Shown: piece by piece, positions 26,101 through 34,800 of the stretch | How the letters are laid out: every line of letters begins with the position of its first letter | Position numbering within the stretch: the stretch's first letter is position 1 | NCBI GenBank assembly: GCA_024401555.1 | Contig: JAKSKV010000014.1 | Span: forward strand, 14,442-78,441 | Length of the DNA: 64,000 nt | Reading direction: 5' to 3' | Source of the DNA: Paludibacteraceae bacterium | GTDB lineage: Bacteria; Bacteroidota; Bacteroidia; Bacteroidales; Paludibacteraceae | The notes under the pieces: model-generated | Seen by the model: only the letters and a program-made list of their open reading frames with translations | Database searches by the model: none | What the model was told of the DNA's origin: nothing | Made by a program: the position numbers and the translations under genes

Positions 26101-28098
26101 CCTCTGCAATGTGCTCTCTGTCTTCTCCTCGGTGAGAGATATGTCGCATTGTGGTAGCGCATCTCCACGGAACGTCATCGTAATGCTGTCGATGTACATT
26201 CTCTTCATGGTCATGCCTGCCCTTACGCCCATCATCTTGCTCGAATGAAGCGGATCAACCTCCATCGAAACCTTCTTCGACATCTTGTTGACCTTCTGAA
26301 GATACAGCAGAGCCTGCCTCTCAAGCTCCTTCGACGCTGCTACGATGTACTCGTCAGGCATGAAGATGCCGGTCAGCACGTAATCCTGGCCAGCACCGAC
26401 AGGGAATGCCGCGTTCGGGAAATAGAGGTCATTGTCGCTCACTCTCTTGCAAGTCAGCGCGTAGCAAGGCTTATCGCCAGCCGTACTTGGCTGGCAGTCA
26501 AGTATCTCGAACGAACGCCCTGCGCACATGCCTGTATTCAAGGTAATCGTCGGAGTGCTCTCAACATAGTCGGTGATGTCGAATCCGATGTCTGGAATAA
26601 GGATGGTGAAGTTGGGAATAGTTGCTCCCTCCCCATATTCACCGTCAGCAGAGTCGTCAAATCCGCTTGCACCGAGAGTGATGTCGAGCCTTGAGTTATC
26701 TGCGCCTCGAAGATACTTGATGCTTGGATAGATGTCAGGCAAATCGTTGCTTCCATCAAACACGACGGCTTCCTCTACGATTTCTCCGTTTGTTCCTCCG
26801 CCTATCTCTACGTATGGATTCGGATTCTCTGTCCAGAATCCTGGGAGCATCAGCCTCGTCACGTTCATATTGTTAGGGAACTTCTGCCCCTCGGTGTGAG
26901 GCCATGTGCTCTTGTTGACTCCAAAAACATTTCCGCTTCCTCCTCCGAAGATAAAGCACTTTTCGTTGCTGTAGAAGACGTGAACCCTCTCTGCATGGTC
27001 CCTGTCTGGACCTATCTTGAATGTTCCGTAATGCTCTCTGTTGTGAAAGTTAGGGATGTGCTGTGGCATGATCTGCTCGGACGGAGTCCAGCACTTCATT
27101 GAGCCTACATAGCCAAGGAAGTTCCTGAAGTTAGCGATATCGGCCTGCGATATGCCAACCTCTTCAAGAGCAGTTACAATAGGCTCAATCTTAGCCATCT
27201 TCTCCTCATACTCCTTCATCGCCGCATGATACTCTTCCCATGCGATATATTCCGGGTCGTCAGGCATCCACTCGTGTGTTGGAGGATCAGGCTTTACTGG
27301 CTCCTCTGGAACGTCAAGATCGTCAGGAGAGCTGAGTATTGTTCCGAAATCAAACGACCATCCGCTTGCGGTGATGATGCATTCGATGGCCATGTTCATG
27401 TAGTAATGCAACGGCATGTTCGTCTTGTTGCCGTATGCATATAGCCTTGTCACGAAATACTGCGAGTCGTCATAGCCGTTCTCTATCCAGTACAGGCCAT
27501 TGCCCTTTCCGTAATTGAGGTCAGGTGCTTCTCCTCCAGAGCTGCTTCCTACAGATACGCTCCTTCCAGATATAAAGAAGTTAAGCCCGAACTGACTTTG
27601 AATCAGTCCGAGCGCATCCCAGCAGGAGATGTTGCTTACGCTTACGAGCTGACCTCCACCTCCGAGATTCTCATCTCCTCCAGAGAACGTCCATCCAGAA
27701 ACTCCTGCTCTTGAAAGATTTGCTGCAATCCTTTCAAGGAGTGTAGAAGCTTTCGTCGCCCAGAACGTAAAGTCTGGCATAGAAGAGAACACAGCACCGT
27801 TATCCGCAGGTACTACATCAAGAAACCTGACTCTTGCCAGTTCGTCTCTTACGGAATAATACTTTGCGGTTGTCACAAAGGAATTGACAGCATGGCCCTC
27901 CTTGCCCTGCTGCTTGATGGTCGGAGGAACACGTCTTGTAAATACATCTCCTCCATATTCGATAGTAGCAGGAACGTCATTGTGGCTGTAGGCATCTTCC
28001 CACGTCACAGTGATTGAGCTGTCGCCCATCCACTCATCGGTGAATACGATCTCCGTAGCTCCTTCGAATCCCGCAAAACCATAAACTCCCTTTGCCAT
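23119..28098 (-). CDS. large tail-tip / host-specificity protein (1659 aa)
   Basis: Size and position, downstream of the tape measure and small tail gene and upstream of the fibres. C-terminal NGEGG-type short repeats (nt ~23860-24000). No catalytic motif recognised. Confidence 0.6.
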   Translation of the reverse strand: MAKGVYGFAGFEGATEIVFTDEWMGDSSITVTWEDAYSHNDVPATIEYGGDVFTRRVPPTIKQQGKEGHAVNSFVTTAKYYSVRDELARVRFLDVVPADNGAVFSSMPDFTFWATKASTLLERIAANLSRAGVSGWTFSGGDENLGGGGQLVSVSNISCWDALGLIQSQFGLNFFISGRSVSVGSSSGGEAPDLNYGKGNGLYWIENGYDDSQYFVTRLYAYGNKTNMPLHYYMNMAIECIITASGWSFDFGTILSSPDDLDVPEEPVKPDPPTHEWMPDDPEYIAWEEYHAAMKEYEEKMAKIEPIVTALEEVGISQADIANFRNFLGYVGSMKCWTPSEQIMPQHIPNFHNREHYGTFKIGPDRDHAERVHVFYSNEKCFIFGGGSGNVFGVNKSTWPHTEGQKFPNNMNVTRLMLPGFWTENPNPYVEIGGGTNGEIVEEAVVFDGSNDLPDIYPSIKYLRGADNSRLDITLGASGFDDSADGEYGEGATIPNFTILIPDIGFDITDYVESTPTITLNTGMCAGRSFEILDCQPSTAGDKPCYALTCKRVSDNDLYFPNAAFPVGAGQDYVLTGIFMPDEYIVAASKELERQALLYLQKVNKMSKKVSMEVDPLHSSKMMGVRAGMTMKRMYIDSITMTFRGDALPQCDISLTEEKTESTLQRKLNSSSGLSTGNYVEGFMTYGTVAPSLLPVNYTGNGQYISRVSNDVARGHITFSSGVTLNGQSYLGDKGLKSRNYSQQSGIGIYKDPNSGLWYINTDMLNVRYKATFTEVEIQKVSHIGGQIMLSAANGVIDHVAGDIIYFKAEDSDGRLVDNLWQRGDIVYCQTGNLKKDPVTGKTSNRAYKFVVDAVIESGEAGYQSGYNAIRINKGATKDKILAPLDKLLAMNPENDFDMIAACDPAAGDDVVQCGNTLGLPGRTTIIVIAGAGGGAPYIYMWKNVVTYEMTKPFIKLDDEPELWVKSLTIGATDVGDAMSKNFDIYTLDVDAPVKEGSDESADIVDRYVSPVALGTEGWPDVEESWTEDSYPIHSEPGDVAVTKDGVYYRFQYDAKIGYGWFIIADVYLVQALSKANDSLDTLEDMASDDVITRQEMSTMWDKWVQIQTEYSAILIEATNPRQSGNLDINSACDDLTQVYGAVYWWMVNQFGLPSNTTTKPENFGTYVLIGQYYYLRQSSKYNPMYGQDGGAVRFEAGNKTFYEIMRLYYLCYCDLRKLLTAYSIDFMGHVELGNLDEQLQAQIENMYNEFMQMGDIRASLLKVESDYAALSTWAHDEFDKVYGSGFVSRSDFASVFSEVWDENGNAIAKATLSTFIFDAVDANGYGFLKSGIRLKADQIDIEGYTTFKAAIYDWINSASYGINKAIKELDNQLNGEGGIGDQIDNLDEQLNGEDGLDNQINGEGGLNDELKALKEALDEYQKTGELLEILKVFVLQTFMGIDKYNEAIAVEGMTLEKLWKSISDGESTILGGFIKTNLLAVDEILGKDATFSGRLRVITKYMDDEDILAEQNSLYEQYTEEGFEDMDAYFKARTETLANAAARYDNIGLTETYTLSGDPRHLDTLTLPVGEEHDGRRMIIRAGMFDPKSSTHGAIVIVEDEGRITGIHPDEFEEDHGMGAYSGAKTIKFDGGVIELINFKGDWVLVSKCCFSFKAFSE

Positions 28099-28107
28099 GT
28101 ATAGTAA

Positions 28108-28632
28108 TTATCTTTTGCCGTTAGTAACCGATGGTACAGTCATCCTCATCGTAAGGTCGAAGTTCACGAATGTGAATCCGGCACCTTCTCCGAACTGAGG
28201 ATTGGCCGTTCGTGAGAACAGAAGGCTTCCCCACGTCTGCTCAATAGATGGGAAATAGAACATATGGAAACTTCCAACAAGCATATTCACGAAGTTAGTG
28301 TATGCTGCAACCGCGCCCTTCCCCTCTGCAGCTATACTGATGCTGAGTGTAATCTCCGTCGCGTTCAGCATGCCGCTTGTTGACTGAATCTCGACGCCAG
28401 GCTCCTCTATCCAGGTGTGTTCAGGCAGCTGCTTCGACTCGAACGTAGGAAGAGGCTGGTCGTTGATAAGAGCACCTCCAAGGCTTGACAGCCACACGTT
28501 ACCATCTATAAGCAGGTCACTGAAGTGTCCCTCTGTGATGCTCGGTGTGTTCACGGAAGGCTCTTCCACTTCCTGCGGAGGATCTTCCTCCCATTCATTG
28601 TCGTATGGTGGTCTTGAATCTTCGTTGGCCAT
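28108..28632 (-). CDS. putative tail protein (possibly distal-tail-like)
   Basis: ATG 28632 lies 1 nt after the upstream stop. The call rests on position only. Confidence 0.35.
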   Translation of the reverse strand: MANEDSRPPYDNEWEEDPPQEVEEPSVNTPSITEGHFSDLLIDGNVWLSSLGGALINDQPLPTFESKQLPEHTWIEEPGVEIQSTSGMLNATEITLSISIAAEGKGAVAAYTNFVNMLVGSFHMFYFPSIEQTWGSLLFSRTANPQFGEGAGFTFVNFDLTMRMTVPSVTNGKR

Positions 28633-28633
28633 A

Positions 28634-29236
28634 TCAGTCAATTTTGTTCTTCTTGTTAAAAATGCAATTCAGGAACACGAGGAAGAGCAGAATTACCGTA
28701 GCAAGATAGCCGAGCCCCAGCACAGTATCTGAGAATCCTCCAATACCCATGTCGGAGTTGCTCTCAGAGTGCGTCTCGTCATCCTCTTCGGCAACCTCCT
28801 CTTTCACCTCGCATCCCGCACTCTCAGCATGTGTTTCTGATGAGGACTCCTCTTCGCTCGTGACAGATATCTCACCTCCAATGTCTGCCGTAGCCGCAAT
28901 GGGATGCATACCTGTGGCAGAATCTTTCGGTAGATTCGTGTCGTACCAGACAACGTGTATCTTGTACTGGTGCATCAGGGAGTCGTTCTTGCGAAGATAT
29001 GCAGTTACGTTATCCTTACGCTCCCATGAGGTGACCTCTGCTGCCTCATAGTGCATCTGCGTGTGAGTGTCATCTGTGTCGCTTACATGCCTGCTCGCGC
29101 TGCATCCAGACAGGAGAATCGCAAGCCCTACGACAGAGAACACGAACAGTATCGACAACAGGAACACGTACACTGCGTCCTTTATGGATTCTCTGATCGG
29201 ATGTTCCTCCCAGCAATATGGATCGTCCTTCTTCAT
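28634..29236 (-). CDS. membrane protein with N-terminal lipobox and C-terminal TM helix (unimolecular spanin candidate)
   Basis: VVGLAILLSGC is a lipobox (LSGC). C-terminal GLGYLATVILLFLVFLNCIF-KKNK is a transmembrane helix. Directly downstream of holin and endolysin. Confidence 0.45.
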   Translation of the reverse strand: MKKDDPYCWEEHPIRESIKDAVYVFLLSILFVFSVVGLAILLSGCSASRHVSDTDDTHTQMHYEAAEVTSWERKDNVTAYLRKNDSLMHQYKIHVVWYDTNLPKDSATGMHPIAATADIGGEISVTSEEESSSETHAESAGCEVKEEVAEEDDETHSESNSDMGIGGFSDTVLGLGYLATVILLFLVFLNCIFNKKNKID

Positions 29237-29237
29237 G

Positions 29238-29663
29238 TTACAGATGCTTTACTTCGTGCTTGAGCGAATAAGGAGAGAAGCTTATGTGAACCCATGTGTA
29301 TCCGCTCTCGTCAATCAGCTGCTTGAACGGAATGTTCATCTTCTCGCATAGGTCGAACAGCTGCCTGTTCATCCTGATTCGTTCAGAACGGTTAGAATGG
29401 ATGGTCGTGATGTCGGCAGCGTTCCCGTACATGTGATCCGATGTCTTAGCGCCTCCAATGGCCCTGTTGAGGTCTGGGCAGCGATATCCGCTGTTTACAT
29501 GCAGCGGCTTGCCCCATGCTTCGCGAAGAGGGTCAAGCACGTTCTCAACGAGCATCTTCAGATGTGCGATCTGAGTGCTGTCTGGAGTGTTGTCAATCTT
29601 TCTTGCCTTAGCGGTATCGCTGGCAATCATCTCCTCCAGGGTGAAATACTTTCCGAGTTTCAT
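29238..29663 (-). CDS. endolysin, peptidase M15 family (D-Ala-D-Ala carboxypeptidase / L-Ala-D-Glu peptidase fold)
   Basis: SGYRCPDLNRAIGGAKTSDHMYGNAADI ... WVHIS gives the H-x6-D...H zinc site. Confidence 0.8.
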   Translation of the reverse strand: MKLGKYFTLEEMIASDTAKARKIDNTPDSTQIAHLKMLVENVLDPLREAWGKPLHVNSGYRCPDLNRAIGGAKTSDHMYGNAADITTIHSNRSERIRMNRQLFDLCEKMNIPFKQLIDESGYTWVHISFSPYSLKHEVKHL

Positions 29664-30139
29664 GCTTCTGATGTGTTATCTGATTCTTTGTAATTGCTCT
29701 TTATGAAATCCGCAAGGAACGGAATCTTCTTCACCATCTCAAGCGACACTACGTGATATAGGAATGAAAATACCATGTATGCCGTATGTTGATTCTTGAA
29801 CATCACCCTCAAGTTTCTCAGGCAGTTGACAGAATAGAAATAGCTTACAGTGTATGTAACGAAACTTACACATTGCAGTGCTCCGTCAGGTCTGCCCTTG
29901 AACTTGCCAAATATGTAGATAGAAGTAACAAGCACGAAGAACACAGTCATTTCAACGATACACCTCCAGGCCTTGCGAAACTTGAACCCCTCGTTGTTGA
30001 CAATGAAGTCCGCGAACATGCCAACGAAGAAATTCAAAACAAAAACGAGTGCAAGGCTGAATATCTCTCCGTCAATCGGTTTAAGATATGCAACGACCCC
30101 AGTTACAATAGAAACAATGATGCTTTTTGCGTAGTCCAT
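29660..30139 (-). CDS. holin-like membrane protein (about 4 TM helices)
   Basis: ATG 30139 (the track uses a TTG at 30154). Four hydrophobic helices. 4-nt overlap with the endolysin gene. Confidence 0.55.
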   Translation of the reverse strand: MDYAKSIIVSIVTGVVAYLKPIDGEIFSLALVFVLNFFVGMFADFIVNNEGFKFRKAWRCIVEMTVFFVLVTSIYIFGKFKGRPDGALQCVSFVTYTVSYFYSVNCLRNLRVMFKNQHTAYMVFSFLYHVVSLEMVKKIPFLADFIKSNYKESDNTSEA

Positions 30140-30199
30140 TCTTTCCAGATCCAATCATATTTAACATGTATTTTCTCTTCTTCTCCTTCGATTCCGGTG

Positions 30200-30207
30200 C
30201 AAAGATA
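30200..30207 (-). promoter_or_regulatory. -7 box TAtcTTTG (then CACC) upstream of the holin gene
   Basis: Reverse complement of caaagata; 61 nt upstream of ATG 30139. Confidence 0.45.
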
Positions 30208-30312
30208 CTGCATTTTTATTCATTATCCAAATTATTAAATACTATTTCTGTAATATTTATGCAGATTTGCATTTTTCCAACAATTTTTTGGCTGTTTTTC
30301 TACACTTTTCCG

Positions 30313-30320
30313 TATATTTG
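30313..30320 (+). promoter_or_regulatory. -7 box TAtaTTTG (then CAGCGAC), with TTTG at 30287-30290
   Basis: Matches the TTTG-N22-TAnnTTTG arrangement; 25 nt upstream of ATG 30345. Confidence 0.5.
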
Positions 30321-30344
30321 CAGCGACTAACGAAAGCAAAACCT

Positions 30345-30863
30345 ATGGAGAACGACTACTGGAAAGAGAAGCCGCTGGAATCTCGAATACTTACTATAAA
30401 TATAAAAATAAAATGCCCGATATGTCATCAGGTATACATGTCACTTGGTTCCGCCATCAGACATTCAAATTACGAGCACAACAGCTTGATAAACCGACTC
30501 AAGATGACAAGGGCTGCACTTGATACATACGCTAAATGGGAAGACATCTATTGTCTTGAACTTGAACAGTGTGTAAAACTTAGGAAAAAAGTCAATGCAG
30601 AGATAGATCGAGTAACACAGCAAGTCAGACTCGGAGTTATTAAAAAAGACGGATCTCCTGCAAGAAGGGAACGTAAAGCAGGAACAAATCCGCACAGAAA
30701 GACCAAAGGAGGCGATCTTCTCGGAAGGACAGAGCCTATACACATTAAAAGCTCGTATGACCTTATCAACAAGCAGTACAACGCTTGTTTTAGCAGAGAA
30801 GCAGAAGGAGGTTATGTAGTTCTCCACGCAGGCATGCCACATTCAAATCGAAAACGTTTTTAA
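30345..30863 (+). CDS. basic protein with a classical-spacing C2H2 zinc finger
   Basis: ATG 30345. KCPICHQVYMSLGSAIRHSNYEH fits C-x2-C-x12-H-x4-H (nt 30414-30479). Lys/Arg-rich C-terminal half. Confidence 0.45.
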   Translation: MENDYWKEKPLESRILTINIKIKCPICHQVYMSLGSAIRHSNYEHNSLINRLKMTRAALDTYAKWEDIYCLELEQCVKLRKKVNAEIDRVTQQVRLGVIKKDGSPARRERKAGTNPHRKTKGGDLLGRTEPIHIKSSYDLINKQYNACFSREAEGGYVVLHAGMPHSNRKRF

Positions 30864-30875
30864 TTTTATTTTACA

Positions 30876-31289
30876 ATGAAAAAGATTTTACACTTACTCC
30901 TGTCGTTTGTAATCTCAGCAATTGTACTATCATCATGTAGTAAGGGTGAAGACGCAATTGAATACAGAAGCCCAACTGTATCCGAGCTAGTTAAATACAA
31001 CTCATTCGTAATGGTTGATGGGTCAAAGAGCAGATCTTACACTATTGCATTCGGAAGAGAGATGTTCACTGCATACAAGACAAATAACGGCAAGATAGAC
31101 GATAACGAAACATTCTATTATACACTGTCTGGGAATAAGCTATCGTTCTACGAAAAATATAACGCAGATCGCAAATACGAAGCAACAATTAAACTATATA
31201 ATAAAATAGACGATTATCCGAATCTTATAGTAGAGGGCTCCAATCTTCCTTCATGCATGTCTGCTGGAGATTATGTGTCGATTCAATAA
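30876..31289 (+). CDS. lipoprotein (moron)
   Basis: Signal peptide MKKILHLLLSFVISAIVLSSC with lipobox LSSC. Confidence 0.6.
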   Translation: MKKILHLLLSFVISAIVLSSCSKGEDAIEYRSPTVSELVKYNSFVMVDGSKSRSYTIAFGREMFTAYKTNNGKIDDNETFYYTLSGNKLSFYEKYNADRKYEATIKLYNKIDDYPNLIVEGSNLPSCMSAGDYVSIQ

Positions 31290-31320
31290 AGAAAGGCGTA
31301 GTTTTACGCCTTTCTTATTT
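31289..31320. terminator. bidirectional terminator
   Basis: aagaaaggcgta gttt tacgcctttctt followed by atttt. Confidence 0.55.
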
Positions 31321-31810
31321 TAACATTTCCTGAGATTTTTACAGAGCAATTGTTCCCAAACGTCTTAACGAATGCTCTTGCGTTGTCTTGTTGCTTGATA
31401 TATACTTTTGCATTGTCGTATACACGGACAAACACAACACTGCTCCCATCAGCGCATATATCAATAACAGAATCATGACGTATATGCAATGTACATGCAT
31501 TATACCAGCCAAAGTGCATGCTACCGGCGCAACGACCATTTAGGATATATATACCATTTTCGCAAAAATCCTCATTGATCTCATCATTTGTGTAAATCAA
31601 ATTGCGATGTTGAAAATCCTTGTCGAAATTTTCATCTATAAATTCTGGAGTTGGCCAATTATTCTTAACGATAAAATCAAACCCCTTTTTGAACTTGTCA
31701 CATAAGGCTTGCTTTGAGTCTTCATCCTTCCATTCGTTTGACCATTTATCGCACAGACCAAGACTTAAAGCTTCGCTATGAAGCGTTTTGCTTAATTCAA
31801 TATCTTTCAT
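31304..31810 (-). CDS. hypothetical protein
   Basis: ATG 31810 (MKDIELSKTLHSEALSLGLCDKW...); 168 aa; no motif recognised. Confidence 0.45.
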   Translation of the reverse strand: MKDIELSKTLHSEALSLGLCDKWSNEWKDEDSKQALCDKFKKGFDFIVKNNWPTPEFIDENFDKDFQHRNLIYTNDEINEDFCENGIYILNGRCAGSMHFGWYNACTLHIRHDSVIDICADGSSVVFVRVYDNAKVYIKQQDNARAFVKTFGNNCSVKISGNVKIRKA

Positions 31811-31826
31811 AATATTCGTTTTATAT

Positions 31827-31855
31827 AAGGGGCGAGCTTGTGTTTCTCGCCCCTT
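31827..31855. terminator. GC-rich hairpin just downstream of the tape measure gene
   Basis: aaggggcgag cttgtgttt ctcgcccctt. The U-run lies only on the plus-strand side (caatttgtttttt), so it may block antisense read-through rather than terminate the late transcript. Confidence 0.4.
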
Positions 31856-31866
31856 CAATTTGTTTT

Positions 31867-34800
31867 TTACTTAACTCTTACAGAATAACTTCCAGTTGCA
31901 ATTCCTCTCATATATCCGTTCATCGAATCTATTCCTTCTCGCATTGATTCGCTTGCCTCGTTTATCTGCCTAAGATACTCAGTCTGTTGCTGTAACTGTG
32001 CAAGTTGGCTTGAAGCAGCTACATTATTCAGATTAAACGAGCTTGCAAACTGCTCAAGAATGTCCCTCGTTACAGATGTGTCTTGACGGATGCCATTCAC
32101 GTAAGCAGCGATGATGTTGGCGGTTTCCTCTGTGATCGACTTAATGCCAGATGTCATCGAGCTTGTTTTCTGCTTGTTGTAGTCAGTCATCTCGCCGAGT
32201 TCATCTCTCTTAGCCATAGCCTCCGCAATGAGTCGCTCGTACTCGCTGCGAAGATAGGCGATCTCGTCTGAATTAAGGCCTCCATCGCTCTTTGACATCT
32301 GTGCCCAAGCGTCCTGCCATGCCTTAAGTTCTTCGTTGAATCCCGAGTTCTCCATCCATTGGGTAAGAGCAGAATCCATGAACTTCTCGTTCAAGTCGTC
32401 CATGAAGTCATTGAGGCCCTTGTCCATATCCATCAGCATTGAATGGAAGTTATCACGCATGGAGTCGAACGTAGATCCAGTAAAATCCTCTCTAATCTTG
32501 TCGGCAAGTTCCTCGACACCAATACCGAGGCCAAGCAGAACATTCTGAATATCATTTCCCGCATCGTCCGAGATCCGGTTCAATTCTGCTTCAAGATCGT
32601 CAAGCTGCGACTTTGAAAGCTCTCCTGTTGGACTCTCACTAACCATGTTAGCCACCTTAGTTAGCCACTCTTCCAACCTTGAGTTGTAACCGAGAGTATC
32701 GAGCATCTTCTGTGTAATAGCCTCACCAATCATATTCTTCATATTCTTAGTGAAGTCCTCTACACCAGACGTCATATCCATCAAAGCCGACTTGAAGTCG
32801 TCGGAGATAGAATCGAATGACATGCCTGTTATCTTCTCAACATTGATTTCGTCAAGCAAGCCAAGAACCTTCAACACATGGTCACCGGCGTCCTTCGACT
32901 CCTCGATGATTTCTTGATATTCGGCCTTCATCTTTTCAATCTCTCTCAGGAACTCATCCTCGCTCATTGAAGTCCTCTTTTTCATGAGGGCATCCATTCG
33001 CTCCTTCCAGTCGTCAAGTTTATCGTTGATGCCTTCAGAGTCAAGAATGCTATCAATCATTCCCTCAGCGATTTTTTCGCTGATCGACTTCATCATATCT
33101 TCGATAGTCTTCTCCGAATCGAGTAATGCAGATTTCAAGTCATCTTTTATGCCATCAAAGACAGATGATGTATCTGCATCTACCTTAATCGGAACTCCGT
33201 TAGCTTCAAGCCCACTGAGTATAGCATCTACATCATTCGTAATGCTGCTCCCTACCTGCTTGTTCCATTCCGCTAATCTAGCTACGATAAGCTGGATTGA
33301 TTCTTCCGGGTTCGCAAGTGAAGCTATACCACCTTCTCCGTCCTTACCGAAGATTTCCTCCATAAGAGGAGTGATATATTTTACTTGTACGAATTGTGAT
33401 ATAATTCGCTTGGCAACGTTTCTGAGCAAATCGTCCACAGTCTTATCGAATGCAGCTACTGCATCTTCTCCTTCTGCGAATGCTTCTGTAAGAGCATCTC
33501 CGATTTCAGACGCCCAAGTGCTTAAGTCAAGACCATAGATATCCTTGTACATGTTTTCGACGAAGTCCCTTATTTCGTCGTTCAGTTCGTTTATCTGGTT
33601 CTTATACTCCTCTACTGCACTGTCGTCAGTGTTCTTCTTCTCTTCCTCATTAGCCAACTGAGACTCAATCTCCATCCTCTGAAGTACTAGATTCTCATAT
33701 TGAGTCATGTAGACCTTCCCGAGATCTGTTGCCGTACTAAAGGAACCAGAGTCAATTCCAACTGCATTAAGAGCGTTAAGAGCTTCAACCACTCTCCAGA
33801 TATCATCCTCAGTGTTTCTCGCCTTCTTTTCATATTGACCGAATACGGCAGAAAGTTTCCCATATAAGTCTATCGTATTGCCGATTGCTGCTCCTATCCA
33901 CCCTCCGGCAAGTCCTCCTACTATCGACTCTCCCTCAACTCCGAACAAGTTTTTTACCCAGTCCGACGTAGATGGATTAGCCCCAGCTTTTTCCAAATAT
34001 CTTTGATATCTTTCTATAAGCTTATCCCTCTCTTCTATAAGAGAGTCGACTATATCTGATTGCCCAGTAAGCTGATCGTTGATCAACTCTTCGGTATCGG
34101 TCATTGAACCGTGGTTTGCATTAGTCTGCCTTGATAGCTGAGCATACGAACTATTGATTCTCTCAAGAGCAGCAGTTCCATCATATCCAAAGCCTTTAAA
34201 AGACTGTTTCGCCCTATCCAATGATTCCTTTAGGTCGTCCACTCTTTCCTTAGACCTGTCGATATACTCTTGTAGCTCCGCATCGTTATGTTGAGCAAAT
34301 ACTGTAACCCACTTTGTAAATGATCCAACAACGCCAGATATCATTCCTCCGATATCTCCGTTTTTGAAAGAGTCAAACGCACTTGTTGCCTGGCCGGAAG
34401 CTTGGGAGAACGCGTCGAGAAATGTACGACCAGTGCTATTTTCGTTGTAGTCATTCCCGAGTGCATCATTCATTTCATCAATATTTTCCATTGCGGCCTT
34501 TAAGCCTTGGATGAGATTATTGATTCCATGAACAATCAAGTCCACTATGGCCAGCGTGCTGCCAAAGCCTTCCGCAGCCGCCATCGAGCCTTCCGCAGCC
34601 GCTTGTTGTCCTTGAGCAGATGCAAGTGCAGATTTAGCAGCTTTCATTTCGCTCTCTGATCCGCTTTCCGTTGCAGCCCTAAGTGCTTCCTCTGCATCTT
34701 GAATATCTCTTGTTGCGGCCTTATATTTCGCAGACGCCCTGCTCTTTTTGTTGTCTATCAAACCGCTGGTCCCTCCAGACAAGTAAGCAACTATATTTGA

